A stretch of DNA of 49,794 nt from a virus (taxonomy: Duplodnaviria > Caudoviricetes): positions 1 to 49,794 of IMG/VR virus record IMGVR_UViG_3300049200_000031, one strand, 5' to 3'. Below, in pieces: positions 19,149-28,760 of the stretch. Within the stretch, counting starts at the first letter, position 1; every line of letters begins with the position of its first letter. The notes under the pieces are model-generated. The model did not search any database. It saw only the letters and a program-made list of their open reading frames with translations, and had not been told where the DNA came from. A program made the translations under genes and the position numbers.

Positions 19149-19178
19149 GGGCCGCTCTCGAGCGGCCCTTTCCTTTTG
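19149..19178 (+). terminator. Terminator after capsid gene
   Basis: GGGCCGCTC-TC-GAGCGGCCC followed by TTTCCTTTT. Confidence 0.65.
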
Positions 19179-19187
19179 GAGAAAGAA

Positions 19188-19994
19188 ATGAGCTACAAAC
19201 TCACGCAGAACAACGACGGCAGCGCGTCCCTGGTCAACAACATCACCGCCCGAAACGTCCTCACCATGGCCGCTGACGACGATGTGACCATGTACAAGCC
19301 TTCCACTGGCAAGTTCACCCTGTTCGACGATTTTTTCGGGACCTGGGCAATCGGCGACGCGGGCCCCGCCGACACCTGGTCGAGCACCGCTGGCAGCGGC
19401 ACCGCGACGGAGGTGGCCACTACGGTCGCAAACTCCCTGAACGGCGCGGTAACCATGAAGTCATCCACCGACGACGGGGCCAATTCCGCCAACAGCACGC
19501 TGATCACGGGTGTCAACCTCGGCTGGAAGGCCAACCAGGGCGGCCTGATGATGGAGGCGCGGCTGAAGGTGAGCGCCATCAGCGTGGTCGCAATCTTCGT
19601 CGGCTTCACCGATACGATCAGTACCACGGTCGAGCTGCCAATATTCCTGGCCGCCGGCAACCTGGATTCTGACGCGGCGGACGCATGCGGAGTGGTGTTC
19701 GATACGGACGCCACGACCGACCAATGGTGCCACGGCGGTGTCAAGGCTGGCACCGACACCACGCCAGCATTTTCCGGCAGCGCGCCGGCGGCGGATACCT
19801 ACGTTGTAGTGCGGGTTGAGGTCTCGGCGGACGGCGCAGTGCAGGGCTTCATTAACGGGAAGGCCATCGGTGACCCAGTTGCCAACGCCGTCACCGCAAC
19901 CGTCGCCCTCACGCCATGTATTGCCGTGTCGAGCCGCTCGGCAGCCGCGCGCACGATGACCATCGACTACATCTGGGTTCAGCAGAACCGTTAA
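19188..19994 (+). CDS. Putative head decoration protein (lectin-like beta sandwich)
   Basis: FDDF motif, beta-rich, ends IDYIWVQQNR; follows capsid gene. Confidence 0.6.
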   Translation: MSYKLTQNNDGSASLVNNITARNVLTMAADDDVTMYKPSTGKFTLFDDFFGTWAIGDAGPADTWSSTAGSGTATEVATTVANSLNGAVTMKSSTDDGANSANSTLITGVNLGWKANQGGLMMEARLKVSAISVVAIFVGFTDTISTTVELPIFLAAGNLDSDAADACGVVFDTDATTDQWCHGGVKAGTDTTPAFSGSAPAADTYVVVRVEVSADGAVQGFINGKAIGDPVANAVTATVALTPCIAVSSRSAAARTMTIDYIWVQQNR

Positions 19995-19999
19995 ACCAC

Positions 20000-20020
20000 G
20001 GAGGCTTCGGCCTCCTTTTT
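20000..20020 (+). terminator. Intrinsic terminator
   Basis: GGAGGC-TTCG-GCCTCC-TTTTT. Confidence 0.75.
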
Positions 20021-20035
20021 CATTGGGTGGAGAAG

Positions 20036-20392
20036 ATGAAAGATTATGAAGAAGTATTCCCCTCGCTGGCGCGCACGGCGACCTCGACAAAGACATTCCA
20101 CACGAAGCGCCGGGCGGGCTTCTGGTTCATCAATGTGACCGCCGTGACCGCAACGCCATCGGTCGTCTTCACGATCAAGGGGCACGACCCTATCTCGAAT
20201 ACCAGTTACGACATCTTGGTATCGGCGGCCATCACCGGCACCGGAATGACGGTCTTGCGTGTGTCGGAACACCTGACAGCTGCAGCGAACACCATCGCAA
20301 AGGACATGCTGCCTGAAGCAATGTCGCTCTTGGCCACGCACGCCGACGCCGACTCGATTACCTACAGCGTTGGATTCCTCGGGGTCGACTGA
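20036..20392 (+). CDS. Putative virion structural protein
   Basis: Thr-rich beta protein, GGAG RBS. Confidence 0.65.
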   Translation: MKDYEEVFPSLARTATSTKTFHTKRRAGFWFINVTAVTATPSVVFTIKGHDPISNTSYDILVSAAITGTGMTVLRVSEHLTAAANTIAKDMLPEAMSLLATHADADSITYSVGFLGVD

Positions 20393-20718
20393 TGAGCGAC
20401 CTGATCGAAACCACGCTCTACGACGAGCGCGACGACAAGATGATCGTCAAGACGACGTACGACAACAGCGCGCTGCTTGAGCAGAACAAGGCTGAGCGCA
20501 ACGCGGCGCCGGAATTTGGTCGCTACAAGGGCAACCTGGTCAAGGTCGGCAGCATCCACATGGGCGACATCGCCCGCCTGAAGACCATGGGCTACGACGT
20601 GCTGGCGGCCGATCCTGCCGAGGCGCGCCGCGCGCTGCTCTACATCCAGTCGAACGAGCCGCATTTGATGACGGTGCCTGGCACGCCGATCGCACGGGCG
20701 AAAACGTCATGGCAGTGA
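20392..20718 (+). CDS. Hypothetical head-module protein
   Basis: Coupled ORF with LVKVGSI motif. Confidence 0.7.
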   Translation: MSDLIETTLYDERDDKMIVKTTYDNSALLEQNKAERNAAPEFGRYKGNLVKVGSIHMGDIARLKTMGYDVLAADPAEARRALLYIQSNEPHLMTVPGTPIARAKTSWQ

Positions 20719-21272
20719 AGATCGCGATCATCGGCCTGTCGCCAGCTACGCACGACCTGGCGCCGTGGAATGATAGCAGCTGGGAACTGTGGGGCCTGCC
20801 GTGGGATGAGGGCTACTGGGCACGCATGCACCGCCTGTTCGAAATGCACGACATCCGCCTACTCACGTCCGAGCACTCGAAGCGCAAGCCGGGCTACTTC
20901 GACCGCCTGCGCGACTGCGCGCCACTGTACATGCAGGAGGCGTACGAGGACATTCCATGTGCGATCGCGTATCCGTTCGACAAGGTGGCCAAGACCACCG
21001 GCTATTACTGGAACTCATCAATCGCCTATGCCCTGGCGCTGGCCATTCATGAGGGCGCCGACGAGATCGCGCTGTATGGCGTCGACATGAAGGGCGACGA
21101 CGAATACGGCTACCAAAAGCCGAACATCGAATACCTGATCGGTCTGGCCCGCGGGCATGGCATCAAGGTCACGGTGCCCGCTGCGAGCCCACTCCTGAAG
21201 TTCAACCCTGCCGGCGTGAAGTTCTTCGATCACGCGCCGGTGTACGTCCAACGATACGGGTGGCTGGGATGA
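20709..21272 (+). CDS. Putative glycosyltransferase of sialyltransferase/Maf-like fold
   Basis: KIAIIGLSP N-terminal strand and SSIAYALALAIHEGADEIALYGVDM resemble the GT42/Maf motifs IxGxGPS and (T/S)SxxxAxxxAxxxGxxEIxLxGxD. Confidence 0.55.
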   Translation: MAVKIAIIGLSPATHDLAPWNDSSWELWGLPWDEGYWARMHRLFEMHDIRLLTSEHSKRKPGYFDRLRDCAPLYMQEAYEDIPCAIAYPFDKVAKTTGYYWNSSIAYALALAIHEGADEIALYGVDMKGDDEYGYQKPNIEYLIGLARGHGIKVTVPAASPLLKFNPAGVKFFDHAPVYVQRYGWLG

Positions 21273-21880
21273 CCATTTCTACCTACAGCGAACTGGAAAC
21301 GTCGATCGGGCGCTGGCTACATCGAACGAATCTTGAAGCGATCATTCCCGACCTCATCGCCCTGGCCGAAGCGCGAATCTACCGCGAGCTGCGCATCCGC
21401 TGCATGGAGACGCAACTGAGCGCCGCAATTGCATCGGGCGTTCTGGCCGTGCCAACGGGCTATATCGAAATGAAGCACGCGCGCATCGACGGCAACAGTC
21501 CCATGGCGCTCACTCGCAAGGACGACGAGTGGATTTACAAGAACTACCCGACCAGGACATCGGATGGCCTGCCGAAGTTCTTTGCGCGCGAGGCTGACAG
21601 CTTCATCTTCGGGCCGTACCCGGACAGTGCCTACACCGTCAAGGGCGTGTATTACAAGCGCCTTACCGCTTTGTCGGACGCGAATCCGACGAATTGGTTC
21701 ACGACTGATGCGCCTGATCTGCTGCTGTATGGAGCCTTGTGCGAAGCGGCGCCGTACCTGGCCAACGACATGCGAATTCAGGTCTGGGAAAGCAAGTTCA
21801 ACTACGTGCTCGAGCAGGTCAAGCGCGAGGATAAGAACGAGACTTTCAGCGGCTCACCACCTTTCATGACTGCGAGATAA
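21269..21880 (+). CDS. Head-tail adaptor protein
   Basis: TYSELxxxIxxWLxR, IALAEARIxRELR, GPxPD, NWxxxxAPDLLLYGAL motifs. Confidence 0.85.
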   Translation: MTISTYSELETSIGRWLHRTNLEAIIPDLIALAEARIYRELRIRCMETQLSAAIASGVLAVPTGYIEMKHARIDGNSPMALTRKDDEWIYKNYPTRTSDGLPKFFAREADSFIFGPYPDSAYTVKGVYYKRLTALSDANPTNWFTTDAPDLLLYGALCEAAPYLANDMRIQVWESKFNYVLEQVKREDKNETFSGSPPFMTAR

Positions 21881-21883
21881 GCG

Positions 21884-23179
21884 ATGGCACTTGAAACAGG
21901 AACCAACGTCGGCGACCTGACCGCCACTAATCCGACAGCGAGCGATCCGAAGTCGCAAGGCGACGACCACCTGCGCTTGCTAAAAACGGTGCTTCGCCAG
22001 TCGTTCGCTGGCTTCACTGGCGCGATTCTCGTAACTGGCACGGATGGCGGCGCGGCTGACGTTTATACGCTGACGCCGACGACTGCGCTACTGGCATACG
22101 CGACGAAGCAGCTTGTCGAATTCACGCCGAACGCGACCAGCGCGACGACGACGCCGACGCTGAACATTTCCGCTCTTGGCGCGAAGACGATCATCAGCCA
22201 GGCTGGCGCGGCTTTGCTGGCGGCTGATCTTGTATCGGGCCGCACGTACCTTGCAGCCTATGACGGAACTTACTTCCGCTTGATTTCGGTGACGACTGCC
22301 TATGTCGATGCTGTGCGCGACTATGCAACGCAACTGGCGTTTGCTACTGCCCTTCCTGCTCAGTCTCTTGGCTTCCTGATTTCAGATGGTGCGACCGCAT
22401 CATTCAGCAAGACCCACACAGGCTATGCTCAGAACGAAGTCAAGGGCGCCGACATCGCAAGCGCGGCGACGATCAACCTGACGACGGCAACCGGAAACCT
22501 CGTGCATGTCACTGGCACGACGACGATAACGGCGATTACGATTCCATCCGGCGCAGACCGAACTGTGGTGTTTGATGACGCGCTGACGCTCACGCACCAC
22601 TCAACAACGCTAATTCTGCCGACCGGCGCGAGTATCACCACGGCGGCTGGAGACAGCATGGTTGTTCGTGGCGACGGTTCAGGAAATGCCCGCGTCATCA
22701 CCTACACGCGGGCGACAGGCGGGCCGGTTGGACCATACCCTTACCTGAAAGTTAGCGATCAGAAGGCAAACAACACAGCGGGTGGGTCGTCTTTGGCTGC
22801 GGATATTACCCAAACACGCGTATTGAATACAGTCGATGTGAATACCATAACTGGTGCTTCGCTGGCATCAAATACCGTCACCCTTCCAATAGGTACATAT
22901 CGAGCTTTTGCAACGGCCCCAACCGCTGGCGCTGGCAGAACAAAATTGTTTCTTTACAACTCTAGCGATGCTACCTATATCGGAATAGGTTCAAGCGCCG
23001 GGGGTACTAACGGAATGGGCGGAAGCATTGTGAACACTCAGTTCTCGATTACTGCGTCAAAAAATTTCACGCTTCGTCATTACACAGATAGCGCTACAGC
23101 AACTATCGGACTTGGCGAGGCAATCAATACAGGCCAAGTCGAAGTGTACGCGCAACTCGAAATTATCAAGGTGGCCTAA
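21884..23179 (+). CDS. Tail fibre / receptor-binding protein
   Basis: LxxxNPxxxDxxSQGDDHLRLLK anchor domain, then Thr-rich fibre domains; lower-GC C-terminal part. Confidence 0.85.
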   Translation: MALETGTNVGDLTATNPTASDPKSQGDDHLRLLKTVLRQSFAGFTGAILVTGTDGGAADVYTLTPTTALLAYATKQLVEFTPNATSATTTPTLNISALGAKTIISQAGAALLAADLVSGRTYLAAYDGTYFRLISVTTAYVDAVRDYATQLAFATALPAQSLGFLISDGATASFSKTHTGYAQNEVKGADIASAATINLTTATGNLVHVTGTTTITAITIPSGADRTVVFDDALTLTHHSTTLILPTGASITTAAGDSMVVRGDGSGNARVITYTRATGGPVGPYPYLKVSDQKANNTAGGSSLAADITQTRVLNTVDVNTITGASLASNTVTLPIGTYRAFATAPTAGAGRTKLFLYNSSDATYIGIGSSAGGTNGMGGSIVNTQFSITASKNFTLRHYTDSATATIGLGEAINTGQVEVYAQLEIIKVA

Positions 23180-23611
23180 ATGATCTATGTCACGTACGAC
23201 CAAAGCGGAAGCCTGACAGGCTACTTTGTGCAAGAACTGCACGATGAACACGCCGCAAACCACATTGAATTGAGCGGCGAGCCAGTTCCGCACTGGACGA
23301 GTTATATCGCAAACGCAGCACGTGACGGTCTGGACATCGCGCCGCCCGCCGTCCATGAGCCTGTTGTGCCTTCGTCAATCCCCATGCTCAACGCCGCACT
23401 TGTCCTAATCAACGCTGGCTATTGGGATGACGTGGAGGCCTTCGTGGCAGCGCAGGGGCCTGTTGCCTTAGCCTTCCTGCGTCACGCGCAGACCATGCGC
23501 CGCGACAATGCGCTTGTGAACGCCTGGGCGGCTGCACGTGGCAAGACCGACGAACTGGACGGCCTTTTCATCGCTGCTGCTGCACTGAACCCGGACGCCT
23601 TCAATGGCTAA
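23180..23611 (+). CDS. Putative tail fibre assembly/chaperone protein
   Basis: Directly after the fibre gene; LDxLFIAAA C-terminus. Confidence 0.6.
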   Translation: MIYVTYDQSGSLTGYFVQELHDEHAANHIELSGEPVPHWTSYIANAARDGLDIAPPAVHEPVVPSSIPMLNAALVLINAGYWDDVEAFVAAQGPVALAFLRHAQTMRRDNALVNAWAAARGKTDELDGLFIAAAALNPDAFNG

Positions 23612-25154
23612 GTTTCCGGTCACGGCTTGCGGTGTCGCTGGCGTCATCAAGGATATCGGCCTGCCAAACCTGCCGATGGAGGCATGGACTGACGCGAGCA
23701 ATATCCGCTTCCTCGATGGATCGGCGCTGCAATTCCTCGGGCACGGCCAGGTGTACAACACGCCAGCCTACGCGCCGCAGTTCGTCATGCCGGTGTATGT
23801 CGCGCAGGTTCGGTACTGGATGTACCACACGGCCACTAAATCGTTCGTGGTGACCAATACGGGCGGCGTGGCTGTGCATACCGACATCACGCACGCCACG
23901 CCGCGCACGGGCGTGGTGAACCGCTGGAGCGGCACTGTTATCGGCGGCATCCCGGTATTCACCGACGGTGGCGTGGCCAATGTGCCGATGTATTGGGATC
24001 AGGACTTGACTCACAAGTTCGTGAACCTGACGGCGTGGCCAGGATCGACCTATTGCAAGGTCATCAAGCAGTTCAAGAACCTGCTTGTTGCCGGGTTCAT
24101 CACGAAGGCATCTGGTACGTTCCCGTTTATGATCAAGTGGTCCAACTTGGCCGTTCCTGGCTCGCTGCCCTCTTCGTGGGACGAAACCGACGCCACCAAG
24201 GAGGCGGGCGAATTTGATGTTGGCGACGGTCAGGACCCGATCATCGACCTGCTCGGCCTAAAGGATTCGCTGATCATCTACAAGGAATCGAGTACTCACG
24301 CCCTGGACTACATCGGCGGCGCCTTCGTGCTGAAGTCGCGCAGGGTCTTCAAGATGTCCGGAATTATGAACAAGAATTGCGCGGTCGACGTTGACTCGTT
24401 CCACTTCGCCGTGACCGGCTCCGACATCGTGGTCCATGACGGCTACAGCGCGACCTCGATCCTCAAGAAGAAAACGCGCCGCAGCTTCTTCCAGAGCATC
24501 GACGTTGCCAATCGCGGACTGGTCTTCTGCTTCGTCAACCCGTTCCTGAGCGAAATCTTCGTCGCCTACCCGAGCATCGGCGCCACCAGCTGCGACACGG
24601 CGCTTGTCTACAACTACGAGGACAAAACGGTCAGTTTCCGGTCTCTGCCCAACGTGAACCACGCGGATTACGGCCCGATCGACAACGACCTGGGCGGCGC
24701 GTGGAGCCAAGACAGCGACTCGTGGGACAGCGACCTGACAGCCTGGAATGGCCCGGACTTCACGCCAGACACCGTGCGCGTGATGATGGGCAGCGCTGAC
24801 ACCAAGCTTTTTATGATGGACGCCTCGGCCAGCTTCGATGGCGTCATTCCAAGCGCCTACCTTGAGCGGCGCGGCATTGACTTCGGCGACCCGGAGCATT
24901 ACAAGCTGATCACCAGCATTCGCCCGCGCATCGTCGGCAACACGGGCGAAACAGTCATTATCAAGGTTGGATTCTCGGACGACCAATACGGCGACCCGAC
25001 CTATACGAGTTTCACATTTACGATCGGCGTCGACCTGAAAGCCGACTTCCTCGTGTCTGGCCGCTACATCTCCATTCGCTTCGAGACCGGCACCGCGTAT
25101 CAGTGGCGCCTGGATTCCTTCGACTGGCTGCTCGAGCAAGAAGGGGAATTCTGA
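23604..25154 (+). CDS. Tail nozzle / DNA-stabilisation (P22 gp10-like) protein
   Basis: 516-aa beta-propeller-like protein; AWTDAxNIRF and IKWS...PxSW motifs; podovirus synteny. Confidence 0.75.
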   Translation: MAKFPVTACGVAGVIKDIGLPNLPMEAWTDASNIRFLDGSALQFLGHGQVYNTPAYAPQFVMPVYVAQVRYWMYHTATKSFVVTNTGGVAVHTDITHATPRTGVVNRWSGTVIGGIPVFTDGGVANVPMYWDQDLTHKFVNLTAWPGSTYCKVIKQFKNLLVAGFITKASGTFPFMIKWSNLAVPGSLPSSWDETDATKEAGEFDVGDGQDPIIDLLGLKDSLIIYKESSTHALDYIGGAFVLKSRRVFKMSGIMNKNCAVDVDSFHFAVTGSDIVVHDGYSATSILKKKTRRSFFQSIDVANRGLVFCFVNPFLSEIFVAYPSIGATSCDTALVYNYEDKTVSFRSLPNVNHADYGPIDNDLGGAWSQDSDSWDSDLTAWNGPDFTPDTVRVMMGSADTKLFMMDASASFDGVIPSAYLERRGIDFGDPEHYKLITSIRPRIVGNTGETVIIKVGFSDDQYGDPTYTSFTFTIGVDLKADFLVSGRYISIRFETGTAYQWRLDSFDWLLEQEGEF

Positions 25155-25426
25155 TGCGAACCCCAAACCTCGGAACGATCAGTTTCAACCCAGCCGATCC
25201 GCCAGCCGACCCGAAGGATTTGCAAAGGTACTTGCGCGAGCAAAACGCCCTGCTGTCGGCGGTTATCGCCGCTCTGGCCGCTGGTCACCTCGACAAGACC
25301 TATGTGGCTCCGGCCAAGCCGCGCGACGGCGACATTCGGTATGCAGACGGCACCAGCTGGGCGCCAGGCGTCAAGGGCCTCTACATGCACAACGGCACCA
25401 CTTGGGTGCTCATCAAAGCCTTATAA
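25154..25426 (+). CDS. Small tail protein
   Basis: PAKPRDGDIRYADGTSWxPG motif; TGATG coupling. Confidence 0.65.
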   Translation: MRTPNLGTISFNPADPPADPKDLQRYLREQNALLSAVIAALAAGHLDKTYVAPAKPRDGDIRYADGTSWAPGVKGLYMHNGTTWVLIKAL

Positions 25427-25438
25427 CCGGAGAGCAAC

Positions 25439-25753
25439 ATGGGACTTTTGGACAGCTTACAGCAGCCACAGCAACAGCAACAGGGCGGCTTGCTTGGCGG
25501 GATGATGGGCGGCGCTCCACAAATGGCGCAGGGCGGCGGGAAACAGGCTGGCGGTGGCCAGGGCTTGCAAATGGCGCAGCAGCTTGCGCAGAACCCAACG
25601 CCACAGATGGCCCAGCAGATCATCCAGCAAATGAGGCAATCGGGCATGGAGGGCGCCGAGGAAATAGCTCAAGCCTTGACGCAGGCCGGGAACAACCCTG
25701 AAGCGCTGAAGCAAATCGCTGAAGCAGCAATTCAAGCGCTGAGCGGGAAGTGA
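25439..25753 (+). CDS. Gln/Gly-rich hypothetical protein
   Basis: MGLLD start like ejection proteins; GGAG RBS. Confidence 0.65.
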   Translation: MGLLDSLQQPQQQQQGGLLGGMMGGAPQMAQGGGKQAGGGQGLQMAQQLAQNPTPQMAQQIIQQMRQSGMEGAEEIAQALTQAGNNPEALKQIAEAAIQALSGK

Positions 25754-26214
25754 GAATCGAACGCACGAGGGACATGGTGATCGTCAAAGAGATCCTGTCT
25801 CACCCTGCAATTTTCCCCCACATTCACGAAGACGGTACGGACGCGGCCGATCCGCAGGACCACGACGGTTTCCACTGGATGCTTGTTTCAGACGACGCCC
25901 CGGCTGGCGTCTTCCTGTTGCATGCGGTGCGCGCCTACTGCTACGAGGTTCACACGTGCCTGCTTCCGAGAATATGGGGTGCGGGCGCGGCAAAGGCGGC
26001 CCGCCTACTCATCGCACACGTCTTCACGGAAATTGGCGCTAAGAAGTTGGTCACGAACGTGCCAAACAATAATCGGCTGGCACTGCGCTTTGCCAAGGCT
26101 AGCGGCCTAAAAGTTGAGGGCGTCAATCGCCAGAGTTTTCTCCGCAACGGGGAAATGGAAGACCAAATCATGCTCGGAATAACAATCAGGGAGTGGACAT
26201 CATGCCAGCAGTAA
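25750..26214 (+). CDS. GNAT-fold protein (P22 gp14/DUF2824-like)
   Basis: EVHTCLLP, NNRLALRFAKASGLKVEG motif; precedes ejection genes. Confidence 0.8.
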   Translation: MRIERTRDMVIVKEILSHPAIFPHIHEDGTDAADPQDHDGFHWMLVSDDAPAGVFLLHAVRAYCYEVHTCLLPRIWGAGAAKAARLLIAHVFTEIGAKKLVTNVPNNNRLALRFAKASGLKVEGVNRQSFLRNGEMEDQIMLGITIREWTSCQQ

Positions 26215-27314
26215 TTCCAATCGTGGCAGCAGTGGGCGGCGGTCTAATCGCAGCCAATGGCGCAAAGAGCGCAGCAAATACGGCGGCAGCAGCGAACCAG
26301 GCGCAGATCGAAGCCAACAAGCTCGATCCGCGCGTAACAGGCATGCTGTACGGTCCTGACGGCACGACCGGCGGCGGCCTGATCGACCGCTACAAGGGCC
26401 TGCTCGATCAGCCTCAGATGGCCGGTCAAGCCATCTACGGGCAGGCGGGCGACAACTACATCGGCAAGTTCGGCGCCTACGACATGGAGCAGCAGCGGGA
26501 CGCGTCAAACAAGCTCATGGGAGGCGGAATGCTGGCCCCGCTTGTCAAGGCCCCATCGCAGAACGAAATCGACCTGAAGCCAGCATACGAACGTTTCATC
26601 AACGGCGATCCGGGCGCGAACCCATTCCTGACCAAGGCGATCGGCAGCGGCATCGACATGTCGAAGGCTGCATTCCAGCAGCAGCAGGACGACTCCACGG
26701 AAAACCTGATGGAGCGGATCATGCCGTCTATCCGCAGCGATGCGGTGATTGCTGGCCAGTACGGCGGCTCGCGCCAGGGCGTGGCTGAAGGTAACGCCAT
26801 TGGCGACTTCCAGAAAGAACAGCAGCGCTCCCTGACGAACTTCGGCCTGGGCAACACGAATGCCGCAGTCGGCGCGCAGGCACAGGCTTACGACACGGAC
26901 CAGAATCGTGCCTTGTCGGCAACGCAAGGCTTGAGCGCGCAGCAGTACGGTACGGCGCAGGCGAACAATGCCGCAATTATGGACACGAATCGCCTGAACA
27001 GCGCGAACATGGCTGTCGGCATCGGGGCCAATCAAGGCATCCTTGGCAATGCATACCAGGTGGCCGGCAATCAGGATCAGTACAACCTGAACAGGGCCGG
27101 GCAAGTGAATGGCCTGCTGCAGCCGTACCTGTCCAAGAACCCGGTCCCGACAAACTTGCAGCCCGTGTACAACAACACCGGGGCGAGCGCCCTGGGCGGT
27201 GCAATGGCTGGCCTTGGCATCTACAATCAGTTCAACCAATTGCAGTCGCCCAAACCTACAGCGGGCGACTGGGGCGCGAGAACCTCCGGCTATCAAAACG
27301 GCACCGGATACTAA
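26202..27314 (+). CDS. DNA ejection/internal virion protein (gp7-like)
   Basis: Hydrophobic Gly/Ala N-terminus, NPFL and GQYGGSRQG motifs. Confidence 0.75.
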   Translation: MPAVIPIVAAVGGGLIAANGAKSAANTAAAANQAQIEANKLDPRVTGMLYGPDGTTGGGLIDRYKGLLDQPQMAGQAIYGQAGDNYIGKFGAYDMEQQRDASNKLMGGGMLAPLVKAPSQNEIDLKPAYERFINGDPGANPFLTKAIGSGIDMSKAAFQQQQDDSTENLMERIMPSIRSDAVIAGQYGGSRQGVAEGNAIGDFQKEQQRSLTNFGLGNTNAAVGAQAQAYDTDQNRALSATQGLSAQQYGTAQANNAAIMDTNRLNSANMAVGIGANQGILGNAYQVAGNQDQYNLNRAGQVNGLLQPYLSKNPVPTNLQPVYNNTGASALGGAMAGLGIYNQFNQLQSPKPTAGDWGARTSGYQNGTGY

Positions 27315-27323
27315 GGAATAAAA

Positions 27324-28760
27324 ATGGGACTCCTTGATCAATTCGCAAATCTCAACCCTGAGCAGACGCAGGGGCTTCTGGCTGCTGCCTCGCAAATCTT
27401 GCAGCAGTCAGGCGACCCGCGCCGCCCGTTCGGCATTGGGCAGGCCATGGGCGCAGGAATCGAAGCCTACCAGGGCTCGACGCAGGCCGCGCAGCGCCGC
27501 AAGCAGGAAGAGGAACAATTGCGACAGGTGGCGCAGATGCGCGGCTTGCAGATGCAAAACATGCAAGGTGACATTGCCAACGAAGCGCTTACCCGCGAGC
27601 AGGCGCGCAAGAACATGGAACGCGAGCAACGCATCCGTGAGCGCATGCTTGCCGGCGCGCAGGCGCAGGCAATGCCACAGGCAGCACCCGCGGCGCTGGG
27701 CTCGATGGCACCAGGCGGCCCAGGCTCGCCAAAAACTGACGCTCCTGACTGGATGCAGGCCTACCAGGCGCAGCAGGGCCAGCCAGGAGCGGCGCCAGTG
27801 CAGGCTATGGCCGCACCTGCAGCGGAACAAGATATCGAGCAGCAAGCCGTGCAGAGCTTGCTCATGGAGGCCGAAATACGCAAGAGTGAAGGCGACCTTG
27901 CCGGCGCTGCCAGGTTGCGCGCAGAGGCAATAAAAATGCTGCCGGAATTCGGCCAGACGCCACAGGTAGGACGCGGCCAGGATAACGTCCCGTACAACTA
28001 TGTGCTGGACAAGCGCGGGAACGAGAAGCGCCTTTCAGCCCTTCCGCGCCGCGATATCAAGCTGATGGATCGCGGCGGGCAATTTGACGCCTACGACGCC
28101 GACGCCCTAACGCCTGGCCAGAACTTCGCCAAAACGTTCACAACTGGCGATCGCGTGGCGCTGGCCGGTCAGGGTAAGGTTGATGCGCGATCAGCGGAAG
28201 CGAACCGGATTGCTGCTGGTGGCAAGGTGGTCGACATCTCGACCGGTCTGCGCAAGGAGTTCGAGGACTTGCCAGAGGTCAAGGGCTACAAGGTGGCCGT
28301 GCCGGCCTACAAGGCCATTGTGGACGCCGCGAAGCGCAACACGCCGATGTCCGACATCAACCTCGTCTATGGCATTGCCAAGCTGTACGACCCAACCAGC
28401 GTTGTGCGCGAGGGCGAATACAACACGGTGGCAAACAGCCCGAACATCCCAGAGAAGATCAAGGGCTTGGCCCAGTATCTCGCTGGTGGCGGCCGCCTGA
28501 CGTCGGAAGTAAAGGCGCAGATCCAGCGCGAGGCGCAGGGCCGCATGCAGTCATACGAAGGCCAGTTCACCGCCGCGCGCACGAACTACGAGGACATCGC
28601 AAAGCGCGCCGGCGGCGACCCTTCGCTTGTATTTCCGTCACCGTACAAATCGCCCGTGACTCCAAAGAAAGATAATGCGCGGACCGTGAAGCGCACAGGC
28701 ACTATCAATGGGCGCAAGGTCATCGAATACAGCGACGGGAGCGTCGAATATGGCAATTGA
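27324..28760 (+). CDS. DNA ejection/internal virion protein (gp20-like)
   Basis: Gln/Ala-rich; KLYDPTSVVREGE motif. Confidence 0.7.
   Translation: MGLLDQFANLNPEQTQGLLAAASQILQQSGDPRRPFGIGQAMGAGIEAYQGSTQAAQRRKQEEEQLRQVAQMRGLQMQNMQGDIANEALTREQARKNMEREQRIRERMLAGAQAQAMPQAAPAALGSMAPGGPGSPKTDAPDWMQAYQAQQGQPGAAPVQAMAAPAAEQDIEQQAVQSLLMEAEIRKSEGDLAGAARLRAEAIKMLPEFGQTPQVGRGQDNVPYNYVLDKRGNEKRLSALPRRDIKLMDRGGQFDAYDADALTPGQNFAKTFTTGDRVALAGQGKVDARSAEANRIAAGGKVVDISTGLRKEFEDLPEVKGYKVAVPAYKAIVDAAKRNTPMSDINLVYGIAKLYDPTSVVREGEYNTVANSPNIPEKIKGLAQYLAGGGRLTSEVKAQIQREAQGRMQSYEGQFTAARTNYEDIAKRAGGDPSLVFPSPYKSPVTPKKDNARTVKRTGTINGRKVIEYSDGSVEYGN

Noticed and set aside
21884-23179. Diversity-generating retroelement or invertible tail-fibre switch
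   Set aside because: No reverse transcriptase, no template/variable repeat pair and no invertase seen in the window.
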